Positions 62,550 to 64,000 of a stretch of 64,000 nucleotides of DNA are shown here, piece after piece. Location: the NCBI GenBank assembly GCA_965644295.1, contig CBFFRP010000272.1, positions 28,929 to 92,928 of the forward strand. The letters run 5' to 3'. The first letter of the stretch is position 1. The number at the start of each line of letters is the position of its first letter. Source of the DNA: Paraphysomonas bandaiensis (taxonomy: Eukaryota > Protista > Chrysophyceae). The notes beneath the pieces were generated by a model. The model had not been told where the DNA came from. It made no database searches and saw nothing but the letters and a program-made list of their open reading frames with translations. The position numbers were made by a program, and so were the translations under genes.

Positions 62550-64000
62550 ATGTATGTATGTATGTATGTATGTATGTATGTATGTATGTATGTATGTATG
62601 TATGTATGTATGTATGTATGTATGTATGTATGTATGTATGTATGTATGTATGTATGTATGTATGTATGTATGTATGTATGTATGTATGTATGTATGTATG
62701 TATGTATGTATGTATGTATGTGTATGTATGTATGTATGTATGTATGTATGTATGTATGTATGTATGTATGTATGTATGTATGTATGTATGTATGTATGTA
62801 TGTGTATGTATGTATGTATGTATGTATGTATGTATGTATGTATGTATGTATGTATGTATGTATGTATGTATGTATGTATGTAGTATGTATGTATGTATGT
62901 ATGTATGTATGTATGTATGTATGTATGTATGTATGTATGTATGTATGTATGTATGTATGTATGTATGTATGTATGTATGTATGTATGTATGTATGTATGT
63001 ATGTATGTATGTATGTATGTATGTATGTATGTATGTATGTATGTATGTATGTATGTATGTATGTATGTATGTATGTATGTATGTATGTATGTATGTATGT
63101 ATGTATGTATGTATGTATGTATGTATGTATGTATGTATGTATGTATGTATGTATGTATGTATGTATGTATGTATGTATGTATGTATGTATGTATGTATGT
63201 ATGTATGTATGTATGTATGTATGTATGTATGTATGTATGTATGTATGTATGTATGTATGTATGTATGTATGTATGTATGTATGTATGTATGTATGTATGT
63301 ATGTATGTATGTATGTATGTATGTATGTATGTATGTATGTATGTATGTATGTATGTATGTATGTATGTATGTATGTATGTATGTATGTATGTATGTATGT
63401 ATGTATGTATGTATGTATGTATGTATGTATGTATGTATGTATGTATGTATGTATGTATGTATGTATGTATGTATGTATGTATGTATGTATGTATGTATGT
63501 ATGTATGTATGTATGTATGTATGTATGTATGTATGTATGTATGTATGTATGTATGTATGTATGTATGTATGTATGTATGTATGTATGTATGTATGTATGT
63601 ATGTATGTATGTATGTATGTATGTATGTATGTATGTATGTATGTATGTATGTATGTATGTATGTATGTATGTATGTATGTATGTATGTATGTATGTATGT
63701 ATGTATGTATGTATGTATGTATGTATGTATGTATGTATGTATGTATGTATGTATGTATGTATGTATGTATGTATGTATGTATGTATGTATGTATGTATGT
63801 ATGTATGTATGTATGTATGTATGTATGTATGTATGTATGTATGTATGTATGTATGTATGTATGTATGTATGTATGTATGTATGTATGTATGTATGTATGT
63901 ATGTATGTATGTATGTATGTATGTATGTATGTATGTATGTATGTATGTATGTATGTATGTATGTATGTATGTATGTATGTATGTATGTATGTATGTATGT
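62550..64000. repeat. (TATG)n microsatellite, >1.45 kb, runs off the window end
   Basis: Directly visible, with three small interruptions near 62721, 62802 and 62881. Confidence 0.99.

Noticed and set aside
62550-64000. Terminal TATG array as a telomere
   Set aside because: It lacks a G-run telomeric unit, an equivalent array is interstitial at 18394-19165, and the window end is not known to be a chromosome end.

Overview
Gene-dense, intron-containing eukaryotic DNA with mostly short (~45-100 nt) GT-AG introns. It is probably a stramenopile with a secondary plastid; this is inferred from a Sig1/Ocm1 mastigoneme-type EGF protein and a signal-peptide-bearing plastid-type HemE. Host genes: a bZIP factor, a PWWP-ankyrin-preSET/SET histone methyltransferase, a large secreted EGF/YWTD protein, a zinc-ribbon hypothetical, MORN3-like, ELP4, an ankyrin protein, two SLC12 cation-chloride cotransporters, an atypical TxH MAPK, cytosolic LeuRS, HemE, a Bdp1-like SANT protein, a tandem pair of Cys-rich paralogues and ClpP. 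Mobile DNA: one intact Ty1/Copia element, one decayed Copia with identical LTRs, a deleted pogo-like element, several MITE or foldback elements and two very long (TATG)n arrays. Most notable observations: (1) the intact Copia has identical LTRs and a perfect 5-bp TSD, but TA...TT termini instead of TG...CA; (2) both Copia families share an unrecognised ~55-aa domain after the integrase and the same gap-less PBS; (3) the paralogue pair differs almost only by clustered amino-acid changes and repeat copy number. Gene boundaries and introns were read by eye and are approximate.
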